A program made the translations under genes and the position numbers. Positions 1-14,579 of a stretch of 64,000 nucleotides of DNA are shown piece by piece. The notes below the pieces were generated by a model. The model was not told where the DNA came from. It did not search any database and saw only the letters and a list, made by a program, of their open reading frames with translations. Each line of letters starts with the position of its first letter. The stretch's first letter is position 1. Origin of the DNA: Eledone cirrhosa (Eukaryota); NCBI GenBank assembly GCA_964016885.1, contig OZ024754.1, positions 14,446,001 through 14,510,000 on the forward strand, in the 5' to 3' direction.

Positions 1-220
1 ATCACCATCACCATCACAATCACCATCACAACCACAACCACCATCATCACCACCATCATCATCATCACCACCATCACCATCACCATCATCACCATCACCA
101 TCATCATCACAATCACCATCATCATCACAATCAGTACAACCATCATCATCATAATCACCATCATCTTCAAAATCACCAATACCAACGCCATTACAATCAC
201 CATCACCATCACCATCACGA
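1..220. repeat. (CAC/CAT)n trinucleotide low-complexity repeat
   Basis: Degenerate ATCACC/CATCAC runs from the window start. Confidence 0.9.
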
Positions 221-401
221 TTATTATCTTCCCAATCAATTTAATTACGAAATAGCCCCCCCCCCCCCCTCCTCCTCCACCCCAAAGCGATATATTTAGG
301 CGAGACACATTAATAACTTAATAGTAATATAGCGAAGAAACGTGAATTTCTAGTTTTACTACAGTTATAGACAATGTTGGAAGTATTCATATCTATATAG
401 G

Positions 402-432
<31 letters not shown>

Positions 433-445
433 TTTTATATATATG

Positions 446-490
<45 letters not shown>

Positions 491-498
491 GTGTATAT

Positions 499-596
<98 letters not shown>

Positions 597-677
597 ATAT
601 ACATACATACATATATATATATGTGTGTATATATACATACATATATATATGTGTATATATACATACATATATATATG

Positions 678-709
<32 letters not shown>

Positions 710-714
710 CATAC

Positions 715-1054
<340 letters not shown>

Positions 1055-1187
1055 TATATATATTATATATATATATATATATATTATATGACTTGGACTA
1101 TGCTCTACCAACGTATTGACTAGCTTTTTTTTAACTGTAGTGACCTCCACAAAACTTTTCGGGAATCCACCCCTAACACACACACGC

Positions 1188-1225
<38 letters not shown>

Positions 1226-1335
1226 TTTTCTTTAGAACTGCTGGACTAACAACCTAGTAGCTCCCTCAAGCACTGATGGTGATTACCGCTAAATATTGAT
1301 GTTGATTTGGTTATCAATATTAATATATATGGGCA

Positions 1336-1458
1336 CCCACTGAAGAATTATAAGAGCCCACTTGTATAAGTATCTGTTGATCTTATACAAGCTTCTACAT
1401 AAATTGGTATAATTTCACCCAACTTGTAGAAACCTTATAATGAAACGAGTCGTCTGGG
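1336..1458 (+). ncRNA. Type I hammerhead ribozyme with branched, extended stem II
   Basis: ccca CTGAAGA attataag[two hairpins]cttataat GAAA cg-agt-cg TC tggg. Confidence 0.8.
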
Positions 1459-1704
1459 AAGAGATATATTTGATATATCTCATATGAAATGATACAGCCA
1501 ATTCTCCACACAATACAATATAGTTACCACCCCAAACGTTTATTAGGAATATACTCAGCTATTTCCTAATATTTGTTGAGTGAGTTGGAATTTAGCCGGA
1601 GTATCGCTATTAGCTTTCTCCGATTATGTATTTATATATATATATGTATATATATATAAGTGAAAGGTGTAGAAAATATTGTAGCAAAAAGCCAGCAGTA
1701 TTCC

Positions 1705-1777
<73 letters not shown>

Positions 1778-1805
1778 GCATGTATATATACATATACATA
1801 CACTC

Positions 1806-1837
<32 letters not shown>

Positions 1838-1883
1838 AAAGTGACAGGAGGCTGGACTTGCGTAAATCCTTGAAAGGTTTATT

Positions 1884-1941
1884 ATACTATGATCATTTCA
1901 ATGACCGAGTTCCGTATGAATCCGGTGATATCATCAGGTAT
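1884..1941 (-). ncRNA. Minimal type I hammerhead ribozyme
   Basis: atac CTGATGA stem II (accgg..ttc/gaa..tcggt) GAAA tgatca TA gtat; palindromic stem III. Confidence 0.8.
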
Positions 1942-1962
1942 TCGAAATATAATAAATGAATG

Positions 1963-2019
<57 letters not shown>

Positions 2020-2079
2020 AACGAGTATTGAGTACTTTGGTGCGTTATGGTCCACCTGGTTCCTTACCACATTTCCGCC

Positions 2080-2174
<95 letters not shown>

Positions 2175-2276
2175 GCACACACACACTCACAGATGGATTT
2201 ATATACACATGTACATATATATTTATATTATATATATAAATATGTATATATGATATATTTATATGATATATATGTA

Positions 2277-2445
<169 letters not shown>

Positions 2446-3110
2446 TATGTATATATATCTATATATATGTATATATATCTATATATGTGTGTGTGGAGGT
2501 GTGCCTGTGTCTGTATGTGTGTGTCTGTGTCTGTATGTGTGTAAGTGTGTGTATGTGTGTGTTTGTAATATATGATAAGATAACTCCAAGAAAAAGAAAA
2601 ACAAAAGTAATAAGACATGGCGACGTCAAGAAATTGTATTTTGATGTTGTTAACTAGAAATTACTTATCGGGCCATTTTGTTGTTTTAATCGCTCAAGAT
2701 AGGCAACTAATTCAATAATCACAACCCTAATTTATTGCTTATCAAGATTGGCCCCTTCTAAAAATTCGGCCATGTTTATTTCTCAACTCCACCGTACCCG
2801 TTACCGTACTAACGATCCCATGTCCCACATCTCCCCACTAACATCCTAGTATGTCTTTACCTTATCAGAGCACCATGTAGACAAGCTGTCCCCCTTTATC
2901 TTCTACTACCGGTCTGTTAATCGCTGTCATACACACACACACACACACACACACACGCATGAGCGCATGCACACATACACATACACGCTTACGAGTGCAC
3001 ACACATGAATGCACACACGCACACACATGAGTGCACACACGCACACACATGAGTGCACACACGCACACACATAAGTGCGTGCCTATATATTTACATATAT
3101 AAACATGTAT

Positions 3111-3147
<37 letters not shown>

Positions 3148-3232
3148 CATGTTTATATATGTATTATATGTGTATTTATATATACAAAAACGCACACACA
3201 CACATCTATCTATCTATCGATCTATCTATCTA

Positions 3233-3422
<190 letters not shown>

Positions 3423-3478
3423 ATATATATATATAATATAAAATCAAAAGATGGTTAAAAGGTTAAAAGAGTTCCATG

Positions 3479-3549
3479 TATTTTATTATGCGAATTTCAA
3501 AAACAAATATCCTCATGGGATAATATTTGCGTTCTCATCAGATAAAATA
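3479..3549 (-). ncRNA. Minimal type I hammerhead ribozyme
   Basis: tattttat CTGATGA gaacgcaaatat..atatttgttttt GAAA ttcgca TA ataaaata; inside inverted repeat 3435-3647. Confidence 0.75.
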
Positions 3550-4070
3550 GGGAGACATGATATGAAGCTTAAAAAGCACTTGCGAGCAGTGAAGTGCGCA
3601 TAATAAAATACATGGAAATCTTTTAACCATCTTTTGATTTTATATTATTTATACTCCAGTCCTATAAACTGTTGAGTGCTACTTATCCGATATTTGTATT
3701 GCTTTATTGTGCTACAATAAAACTCACCTCCTACATTATATATATATATAAATGGAAAAGAATGAAACGAAATTTCATTTCTCACTCTTAGTACGGCAGA
3801 TACCTAAATGTAAGTATGTATACGTACATATATATGTGCGTGCATGTATGTATATATATATACATACTACCGTACGTCTGCATACATATATGTATGTACT
3901 TATATTTAGGTATCTGCCGTATTAAGAGTGAGAAATTAAATTTCGTTTCATTCTTTTCCATTTATCGTTTTCGGTGCACCCGGCCGATATGCAAATTAGG
4001 CAGCTCAGCCGTTAATATGCATAAGGAAAGTATATACTTTCAAACGTTCAATCATCTGACAGAAAGGTAT

Positions 4071-4113
4071 ACGATGCTGACGATAGCTAATAAGCTTGAA
4101 ATTAGTACATCGT
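4071..4113 (+). ncRNA. Minimal type I hammerhead ribozyme
   Basis: acgatg CTGACGA t agct-aata-agct t GAAA ttag TA catcgt. Confidence 0.8.
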
Positions 4114-4304
4114 TTCTGTGTCAGTGTTGAACAAAGGGGCGACGATGGTTGCCGAGCACTGTACGGCGTAATTCGGGCTGTTTGTTGACAAACAAACCGA
4201 ACATTATAATAAATATTCGGTAAACCCATACGTACATATATATATGTGTGCATGTATGTATGTATATACATACTACTGTACGTCTGTATACATATATGTA
4301 TGTA

Positions 4305-4370
<66 letters not shown>

Positions 4371-4509
4371 TCTAGAAATTAACCAGTTAAATTTTTTGAT
4401 TTTTTTTAGTTAATTCTATTGACTGATTAATCACTTAAGTTTATTTTAAAAACAACTCGGTTGCGAGCTTAATTCGTTTTGTGCTATTTTTGCAAATTTA
4501 TGCAATGAC

Positions 4510-4900
4510 TAGACATACTGAATTCATTTGACAAAACTAGGGGTTTTCTCCCCTTTGGAGTTCACATGTGCTTTCAAAACACTGTGAGATCTTCGTGCAG
4601 AACAAAATGCCTGTTGAGAAAGTGATATCCTTGTTCGATCATTATACCAAAAGCTTATTATTTTTTTAAGCAGACAGTATTATTGATTTAGGTGTCGCAG
4701 AAACCCTATATCGGATTTTACCATCACTTCTGAAGGTCCGGGGAAATATTTCAATCATATCTTATTTTGTTTGACCCGCTTAGTTTGCTCGCTTTTTTGG
4801 CTTAGGTGGTTAATGGCTTATTAACCATCGTCTCAGTTTTGTATGGCCTTTTTAACTTATGTTTATTGTTCTGTTATCTTCATATCCATTGAGCGCTTGC
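4510..4900. repeat. Dispersed repeat, diverged homologue of 37000-37385 (unclassified, probably TE-derived)
   Basis: Collinear shared blocks catactgaatt, cctgttgagaaagtga, gtcgcagaaaccc, ttaaccatcgtctcagt, attgagcgcttg. Confidence 0.65.
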
Positions 4901-4964
4901 CAACACAAATCGGAAGTTGCGTTTCGCTAATTTCTACTCGCCGAAATGCGATTCTCGCTAAATT

Positions 4965-5069
<105 letters not shown>

Positions 5070-5113
5070 CACAATATATTAACAAATGGAAACTATAATT
5101 ATAAAACCATATT

Positions 5114-5179
5114 TATTTCATTATACATATTTCAAGGGCCACCAAGGCAAACTATGGTGCGCTTTCATCAGATAAAATA
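5114..5179 (-). ncRNA. Minimal type I hammerhead ribozyme
   Basis: ttttat CTGATGA aagcgcacca..tggtggccctt GAAA tatgta TA atgaaa; degenerate relative at 49203-49267 (+). Confidence 0.75.
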
Positions 5180-5337
5180 TAATATAGGTTAGTTTTATAA
5201 ATAAATATTGACATACCCTGAAAAAATGCAACCATTCTGGAGGGAATCTCCTGGTTATTTACTCCAATAATTTGTTGAGTGCTATATATCTGTTATAAAA
5301 ATATTTTGCTTGTTGTATACCAACAAATTAAATATAA

Positions 5338-5451
<114 letters not shown>

Positions 5452-5570
5452 TATACGAACGTGTGTATGGAAACGGGATTTTTGAAATTTAGGATAAAAA
5501 GCTTCACCGAAATCTTTTAGACTCTAGAAAAATTAGATACAATATAGACACAGACACATTTATATACTTT

Positions 5571-5610
5571 ATCAATGTTCTTTCGTTGCACATCTGCAAC
5601 ATCGTCAGTG
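5571..5610 (-). ncRNA. Minimal type I hammerhead ribozyme
   Basis: ca CTGACGA t gttgca-gatg-tgcaac GAAA gaaca TT g; stem II covaries with the 11180-11220 copy (gtcaca/tgtgac); stem I weak. Confidence 0.65.
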
Positions 5611-5741
5611 GTGCTATTGTTTCCTCCCGTTACATTGTATGTCTACGCCATTTTTATTTGGTCTGTCTAACCAACCAAACAGTGAGTGTGTTCTGTTATT
5701 AATTCTGGCAATATTACACAAATATGACCCTCCCCAAGTAT

Positions 5742-5869
<128 letters not shown>

Positions 5870-6051
5870 CGTTTCTGAATTTGTTTAGCAAGATTCTTTA
5901 TCTGAAATCGTGTGGAACCAACCAACCAACCAACCAGAAATTTATAAGTTTGTAGATTTGTAAATTTATAAATTTATAAATATATAATAAATTGAAGTGA
6001 AAGCAACTGGTGCGTGTGTTTCTTATTGGCAACATGACCCTCCCAAAGTAT

Positions 6052-6089
<38 letters not shown>

Positions 6090-6282
6090 CGAAGGAAATG
6101 TGGTAAGGAACCAGGTGGACCATAACGCACCAAAGTACTCAATACTTGAGGTAGTAGAGTGGGTAATAGGAACCAGTAAGACCCCGACAGCTGAGCTCAA
6201 GCCGTTTCGACGGCTAATTCTGGACGAGTCCAGAATTAGCCGTCGAAACGGCTTGAGCTCAGCTGTCGGGGTCTTACTGGTT

Positions 6283-6327
<45 letters not shown>

Positions 6328-6744
6328 CATTTTCGCCGTAATCCTTGTATTCTTGTACTCACCACAACACACAATCACACACACGCGCATGTTTGCGTCT
6401 ATGTATTTATATAAGAATATAACCATATGCACATATATTTCTTCTCCATTTTATCCCTTAGAAGGCCGTTGGGGCTGAGTCTACAACTATGCTTTTGAGA
6501 GGGTTCTACCGGTAATAACCCTCTCCAAATGATTCAGCTAGATCTCCAAGGGACTCCAACACATATTAAGGATGTTATCTAACCTTCATGCTTGTGCTCT
6601 ACCTCTGCTTATGTTACTATGCTTTCCAGAGGGTTCCATCGAAGGTAACCCTGTCCATAAGATCCGACTAGATCTCCATAGATGTTATCCATATTATCCA
6701 TGTATCCATAGATATTATCTACCCTTCATACTTGTAATCTACCT

Positions 6745-8322
6745 CTATTATGTTGCTATACTTTCCAATCTACCTCAGCTTATGTTGCTATGCTTTCCAA
6801 TCTACCTCAGCTTATGTTGCTATGCTTTACAATCTACCTCTGTTTATGTTGCTATGCTTTCCAATCTACCTCTGCTTATGTTGCTATGCTTTCCAATCTA
6901 CCTCTGTTTATGTTGCTATGCTTTCCAATCTACCTCTGCTTATGTTGCTATGCTTTCCAATCTACCTCTGCTTATGTTGCTATGCTTTGCAATCTACCTC
7001 TGCTTATGTTGCTATGCTTTCCAATCTACCTCTACTTATGTTGCTATGCTTTCCAATCTACCTCTGTTTATGTTGCTATGCTTTCCAATCTACCACAGCT
7101 TATGTTGCTATGCTTTCCAATCTACCTCTGTTATGTTGCTATGCTTTCCAATCTACCTCTACTTATGTTGCTATGCTTTCCAATCTACCTCTGCTTATGT
7201 TGCTATGCTTTCCAATCTACCTCTGTTTATGTTGCTATGCTTTCCAATCTACCTCTGCTTATGTTGCTATGCTTTCCAATCTACCTCTGCTTATGTTGCT
7301 ATGCTTTGCAATCTACCTCTGCTTATGTTGCTATGCTTTCCAATCTACCTCTGCTTATGTTGCTATGCTTTCCAATCTACCTCTGCTTATGTTGCTATGC
7401 TTTGCAATCTACCTGAGCTTATGTTGCTATGCTTTCCAATCTACCTCTGTTTATGTTACTATGCTTTCCAATCTACCTCTGCTTATGTTGCTATACTTTC
7501 CAATCTACCTCTACTTATGTTGCTATGCTTTCCAATCTACCTCTGTTTATGTTACTATGTTTTCCAATCTACCTCTGCTTATGTTGCTATGCTTTACAAT
7601 CTACCTCTGCTTATGTTGCTATGCTTTCCAATCTACCTCTATTATGTTGCTATTCTTTCCAATCTACCTCTGCTTATGTTGCTATGCTTTCCAATCTACC
7701 TCTGCTTATGTTGCTATGCTTTCCAATCTACCTGAGCTTATGTTGCTATGCTTTGCAATCTACCTCTGCTTATGTTGCTATGCTTTCCAATCTACCTCTG
7801 CTTATGTTGCTATGCTTTCCAATCTACCTGAGCTTATGTTGCTATGCTTTGCAATCTACCTGAGCTTATGTTGCTATGCTTTCCAATCTACCTCTGCTTA
7901 TGTTGCTATGCTTTCCAATCTACCTGAGCTTATGTTGCTATGCTTTGCAATCTACCTCTGCTTATGTTGCTATGCTTTCCAATCTACCTGAGCTTATGTT
8001 GCTATGCTTTCCAATCTACCTCTGCTTATGTTGCTATGCTTTCCAATCTACCTCTGCTTATGTTGCTATGCTTTCCAATCTACCTCTGCTTATGTTGCTA
8101 TGCTTTCCAATCTACCTTTAATTATGTTGCTATGCTTTCCAATCTACCTCTGCTTATGTTGCTATGCTTTCCAATCTACCTCTATTATGTTGCTATGCTT
8201 TCCAATCTACCTCTGTTTATATTGCTATGCTTTCCAATCTACCTCTGCTTATGTTGCTATGCTTTGCAATCTACCTCTGCTTATGTTGCTATGCTTTCCA
8301 ATCTACCTCTGCTTATGTTGCT
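6745..8322. repeat. 32-bp minisatellite (CTTATGTTGCTATGCTTTCCAATCTACCTCTG)n, about 49 units
   Basis: Direct tandem repeat; explains the periodic ORFs in all three + frames. Confidence 0.95.
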
Positions 8323-8745
8323 GATTGGCTTTGCCCGTAAAATCCTTCCTGTGATACATAATATATAGTTTTAAAATACTTCATTAGAATTCTTCCTGAT
8401 TCGTATGCCGTATCTTTCCTTTGAGTAGAAATATGTAAATTCTCTTCGTATTATTCTTATATCATGAAAATTTTATTCCAAAATTACCAAAAACTGCCGA
8501 TAAACATGACCGGCACTGAAGCTGATAAGAGACTACAAGAAAATGTTTACTATAGATAATAAAGAAGCAACATGAAAAATGTTTATATAACATCTTATAG
8601 AGAATACGACACCATACTGACTCGGTTTCCCAATTTCCCATGTCTTTCAAAAGATCTTGTTATCTTATACTTACAAAATGATAAATGAGAACATCGTACC
8701 ATATACATGCTTGAATATATATATATATATATATATATGTGTATA

Positions 8746-8782
<37 letters not shown>

Positions 8783-8783
8783 G

Positions 8784-8927
<144 letters not shown>

Positions 8928-9019
8928 TATATGAATGTATATATATATATATATACATACATACACATGCACACGGATATATATATAAAGAGAGGGAGAG
9001 AGAGGGAGAGAGGGAGGGG

Positions 9020-9054
<35 letters not shown>

Positions 9055-9808
9055 GGTGACACATAGATAAGGAACAGACAGATAATGAGAGAGATATAGA
9101 TTTTAAAATATTCTTTTGAATATCAGAAACATTGGAGTGACGACTTAACTCTTTAACATTTAAGCTGGCTGTATCCGGCCAGAACTCACCTCTATCTTTT
9201 CAAACCGGCTGTAACCGGCTGCTCATACTTATGTTAAGGTATTGTCCTCAAAATAAATAATATCAAAATCTCATAGATTCAATATTATATGAGATAATTA
9301 TGTGAGGTAAAGACTTTACTATGAAAATACAATAGTATATATAGAGTAATGTGAATGGTAAAGGATAAAAGACAGTGGTAGTGCACCAGCTGGGGCAGGG
9401 TTTGACCAAGAAACTATAAAGATAGGAATAATCAGTTTTAATATAATAAATCAAATATTAAGTAACTACTCTTTTATTGCTTTCAGTTATTAGAATGCGG
9501 CCATGCTGGAGCATTTAGTCTATCATATTGACCTCACTTTTTATATTTCTTCAAGTCTGGTATTTATTTTATTGATATCTGTTTGTCGAACCATTAAGTC
9601 AAAGAAGCTGCCAAGTAATGGCTTGGATATCTTGCATATCTTGAAGTTCTGAGTTCAAATCCTATTGTACATACGAAGCTGCACAATTCTGACCAAATGT
9701 TAGGTGCAACGAACAGCAGTAGACGATTAAGAAGACTCCCAGTTAAGACTTTATCAACAACTGATAATAAAGTTGTTATATTTGGGGAGGGTCAAGTTGT
9801 TATAATAT

Positions 9809-10024
9809 TGTTTTCTAGTATAGGCACAAGGTGAGTAATTTGGAGGGAGGCGAAAGTCGATTAAATCGACCCCAGTACGTGACTGGTACTTTATTTTATC
9901 GACCCCATAAGGATGACAGGCATAGTTAACCTCGGCGGGATTTGAACTCGGATCATAAAGGGCTGTAACTCTATGCTGAAAAGCATGGCGTCCGACCCTC
10001 TACCAATACTGCCAATCCACCGCC
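9809..10024 (-). mobile_element. tRNA-derived SINE, family A
   Basis: Pol III A/B-box-like head (ggcggtggattggcagt..gagttcaaatccc) plus central gcctttcatcc..ggggtcgataaaataaagtaccag domain; more than 10 copies in the window. Confidence 0.85.
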
Positions 10025-10029
10025 AGAAA

Positions 10030-11037
10030 TCTGTATATATATAAAATTAAGTATGTGTGTGTCTGTGTATTACCTATAGGGGCCTACATATTACGACCGA
10101 TTTTCATGAAACTTTACAGGCTCATAGATTAGTCATCGGGGGAGTGTTTTCTATATATCAGCGTATCGTTTTTTATTTTATTCCGGGGTCATTCTGCAGA
10201 TAAAAATCGATAGGGTGTCACCTTTTTTTAGGTATCGAAAAATAAGATTTTTGGCTCTAGCTCCCACATTTTGCCACCGATTTGTTTCAAATTTTAAAGC
10301 AAAATAGGATTTATAATTGCACATCCTGTAATGGCTTTATATTTTGCATTTGTTGTTCAGGAACGGCGTGGCAGCCGTTTAAATATTCAAAAATACCACT
10401 TTTAGACTCAAATTTCCACTCTTTTGGTTCTAGCTCCCACATCAATCAACCTACTTTGTTCGAATTTTACACTACGCTAGATCTGATTATTTCACGTCTT
10501 AAAGTGGCTTTACATTTTGGATTTTTTGTTCAGGAACGGTGTGGCAGCCGCTTAAATTTTCGAAAATACCACCTTTCGCTCAAATTTCCGCCTTTTCGGC
10601 TCTAGCTCCCACATTTTTCAACCGATTTCGTTCAAATTCGAAACTTCGGCTCCACCTCACACATAAATCAATTTATTTGGTTCAACTTTTATACTACGAT
10701 AGAACCTATCATTGCACATCTTATAGATGGTCAAAGGCAAAACGATGGCCACTGACGTCGTCTGAGCTTTTAGTTGTGTATTTGAGAATTCATCGGTTTC
10801 CAATCAAGTAGCGTGAGGAAATTTGGCTTAGTGTTAGAGGTCATTACCTCCCTCCCCCAGCATGCCCCTTCGTCAGTCACCCGCGTTTCTCAGTGGTAGA
10901 GGTAATCACCACCCTCCCCCGCATGGCCTGTGTGTGGCCATAGATGAGTCACCGAGAAACAGTCGCTAAGATCAACACCTTTTCATCAAAGCAGATATTA
11001 TTTTACCTACCCAGGCAACGCTGGGCACTGCTGCTAG
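10030..11037 (+). mobile_element. Non-autonomous Helitron-like element
   Basis: A|TC 5' end, subterminal hairpin cccaggcaacgctggg (11010-11025), CTAG|T 3' end, internal imperfect repeats (ttttggctctagctcccacat). Confidence 0.75.
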
Positions 11038-11179
11038 TATATAATAAAACACACTCACTGATTGGTTTGGATTGGTTTTCGCTTCAGTATATTTTATATT
11101 TCTATAATTAATTCAGCTGGTAATCAATGTTTATCACTGATTGACCAACAGTTAAAAATATAAATATAAATATAGTTTC

Positions 11180-11220
11180 TCAGAGCTCTTTTGTCACACA
11201 CCTGTGACATCATCAGTGAT
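11180..11220 (-). ncRNA. Hammerhead motif with mutated core (GAAA>AAAA)
   Basis: tca CTGATGA t gtcaca-ggtg-tgtgac AAAA gagc TC tga. Confidence 0.65.
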
Positions 11221-11570
11221 ACTATTATGTTTCCTCCCGTTGTATTTTTGTAATGAAGTAGTTGTCATAAACATCTTTGGGTTCCTTCTTGAAAAGGGGG
11301 TCGAGAATGACATCATTCACGGCCTCTGGGTCTGTATCCTTCAACCAACATGGTGGTGTGTGTTATACATCAGATCGTATACTTTAGGACCACCTTGTTG
11401 TATTATTTCAGTTACTGTACCATCTCTCCCGGGTGCTTTGCGAGGGTTCATTTGTCTCACTGCAGGAATGGTTCACTGAAAAGGAGCTACTGGTGAAAAG
11501 CCTTCTAAGGAAAACGAAAACATACATACATACATTCATACTACGCACACATACATACACGTACATATAT

Positions 11571-11627
<57 letters not shown>

Positions 11628-11640
11628 CATACATACAAAC

Positions 11641-11971
11641 ATGGTGGCTGCCAACTCGTTTTCGAGTATGACCACTACTTTATATCCATGTAGGAGAACC
11701 CCTACCGATGCGCTGAACGAGTGTGACTTTTTAGTCCAGCCAGCGACTTGAAAACTCTGGTACAAACACTACACTTGTGACAATTATTGACACATAGTTC
11801 TGGGGCCATGGTACCATGTGACGACAAGTGCAAAGAGATCTCCAGATATAAAGCAATGCCTGTGCCGTGAAGCTTTTATAGGGAGCAAAGGCACTGCACA
11901 AAGCCAGTCCCACTCTCTTAACCAAGATGATGTTTACCAAAAAGAAGAACAAGTCAAAATCAATGGATACC
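11641..11971. mobile_element. Partial copy of the ~610-bp (CATA)n-associated element
   Basis: Near-identical to 12611-12941. Confidence 0.85.
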
Positions 11972-12610
11972 ATACAAACATACATACATACAAACATACA
12001 AATATACATACATAGATATATGATGGCTGCCCCCTCGATATCGAGTATGGCCATTGCACGATATAACATTAATAATAATTATTAATTAATTCTATCGGGC
12101 AATGCCTGTGCGTGAAGATATTTTTAAAGTGAGGAAAGACTGTGCACTGAGCCAAATCCCACTCTCTGAGCGACAGTAGCTATAACCCGAAAAGAAGAAA
12201 AGATCAATGTCATCGGTAACTATTGAGCCGCAGGTTTTATATCGGAGTTATCCCAGTTTCTTGAGTTGCCTTCTCCTAGAAGAATGCCCTGACAAAGGCT
12301 AGGGGTCATTCACTCCCAGTGGTTTAACCGCGCGGTCGGGTGTCCAGCCCGACTATTTCTATGTCCCTGCACATATACATACACATGCACCCATGTATAT
12401 ATACACATATACGTATACATACATATGTACATGTGTATATACATATTTACACACTTTTGGATGGCCGTTGACCCTTATGAGTTCTTCCGCCCTTATATAT
12501 ACATACATACATGTATACATACATACACATACAAGCACTTACACACATGCATATATACTTACATACACACATACATATATACTTACATACCAGCATACAT
12601 AGATACATAC

Positions 12611-13220
12611 ATGGTGGCTGCCAACTCGTTTTCGAGTACGGCCACTACTTTATATCCATGTAGGAGAACCCCTACCCATGCGCTGAACGAGTGTGACTTT
12701 TTAGTCCAGCCAGCGACTTGAAAACTCTGGTACAAACACTACACTTGTGACAATTATTGACACATAGTGCTGGGCCCATGGTACCATGTGACGGCAAGTG
12801 CAGAGAGATCTCCAGATATAAAGCAATGCCTGTGCCGTGAAGCTTTTATAGTGAGCAAAGGCACTGCACAAAGCCAGTCCCACTCTCTTAACCAAGATGA
12901 TATTTACCAAAAAGAAGAACAAGTCAACATCATTGGATACCATCAGGGTTGCAGGTGTTATATCAGAGTTTTCCTTCTCCTAGAATTCTGCCTTAACAAA
13001 GGCTAAGGGGTCATCTCTCCCAGTGATTTTGGATGGCCATTGACTCTTAAGAGCTCCTTTGCCCTTTGACAGGTTTTGTTTTTAGTCCTGCAGGATGTCC
13101 AAAGTCACCCTCCTCACCAAGAATCCTTGGTGGGGTTGCCAGTTTAGTCGCCAACGACCCGACCATGAGACAGGTTGTACTGGGATACATGTTACCAGTA
13201 GCACCAAGTGGTGACCTGAC
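12611..13220. mobile_element. ~610-bp non-coding interspersed element flanked by (CATA)n, longest copy
   Basis: Multiple near-identical copies with the same ends (atggtggctgccaac ... ggtgacctgac); no ORF and no TIR. Confidence 0.85.
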
Positions 13221-13297
13221 ATAACATACATACATACATACATACATACATACATACATACATACATACATACATACATACATACATACAGTTGCAT

Positions 13298-13350
<53 letters not shown>

Positions 13351-13472
13351 AAAATGTATGACCCCGACGGCAGAGCTCAAGCCGTTTCGACGGCTATTTC
13401 TGTTTCTGGACTAAATTAGAATTTTTAGCGTGGTAAATAAAATAAAATATATATATATATATAGATATATAT

Positions 13473-13928
13473 ATGGTGGCTGCCAACTTGTTTTCGAGTA
13501 CAGCCACTACTTTATATCCATGTAGGAGAACCCCTACCGAAGCGCTGAACGAGTGTGACTTTTTAGCCCAGCCAGCAACTTGAAAACTCTGGTACAAACA
13601 CTACACTTGTGACAATTATTGACACATAGTGTTGGGCCCATGGTACCATGTGACGACAAGTGCAGGTGTTATATCAGAGTTTTCCTTCTCCTTGAATTCT
13701 GCCTTGACAAAGGCTAAGGGGTCATCTCTCCCGGTGATTTTGGATGGCCATTGACTCTTAAGAGCTCCTTTGCCCTTTGACAGGTTTTGTTTTTAGTCCT
13801 GCAGGATGTCCAAAATCACCCTCCTCACCAAGAAATCTTGGTGGGGTTGCCAGTTTAGTCGCCAACGACCCGACCATGGGACAGGTTGTACTGAGATACA
13901 TGTTACCAGTAGCACCAACTGGTGACCT

Positions 13929-13931
<3 letters not shown>
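13473..13931. mobile_element. Internally deleted copy of the ~610-bp element
   Basis: Same termini; deletion joined at a tgcag microhomology near 13661-13665. Confidence 0.85.
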
Positions 13932-13975
<44 letters not shown>

Positions 13976-14579
13976 GCATACGTACGTACATACATACATA
14001 CAAACATACATACATGATGGCTGCAAACTCTGCTAAGTGTAATGCAATCGCTTTCAGATTAAAGAAAATGATGCACTTTTAGGCAACGGCCAGCCACACG
14101 TGCCTGTAACAGCTCCTGAACAAGCAATGTCCGTGCTTTGAATGTTTTTTAAGGGCTGAAAGGCCTTGCATTCGACCAATCCCACTCTCTGAGCAACGAA
14201 AACACAACCCGAAAAGGAGAACTGGTCAACATCATCGGATGCTTCAGAAGCCGCAGGTTTTTTTCAGAGTTTCCCTCTCCTAGGAGAGGGAAAATCTGAA
14301 TAAAACATGAAGCGATAATTTTTCACACGTTTCGGAATGGTTAACAATCGCCATAATTGTCGAACTTCATTTTGTTACTGCTGTTTGTGTTACTCTTTTG
14401 CAGCTGATGTTGTTGTTGTTGTTGCTGCAGACACCGCTGTTGTTGAAGTTTGTGTTGGCTAACTTAGCGTCTAAAATATACAACCCAAAAAGGTTTATAT
14501 CAATTACCCAACTTACGCTTCTTGGGGTAGAAATAACCTCGAATCTTCATCAACAATCGCTGCAGGTTATCTGAATGCG

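Noticed and set aside
6572-8368. 400-aa ORFs or a CRISPR-like periodic array
   Set aside because: A pure 32-bp tandem repeat with no unique spacers and no cas genes; it is open in all three frames only because the unit lacks stops.
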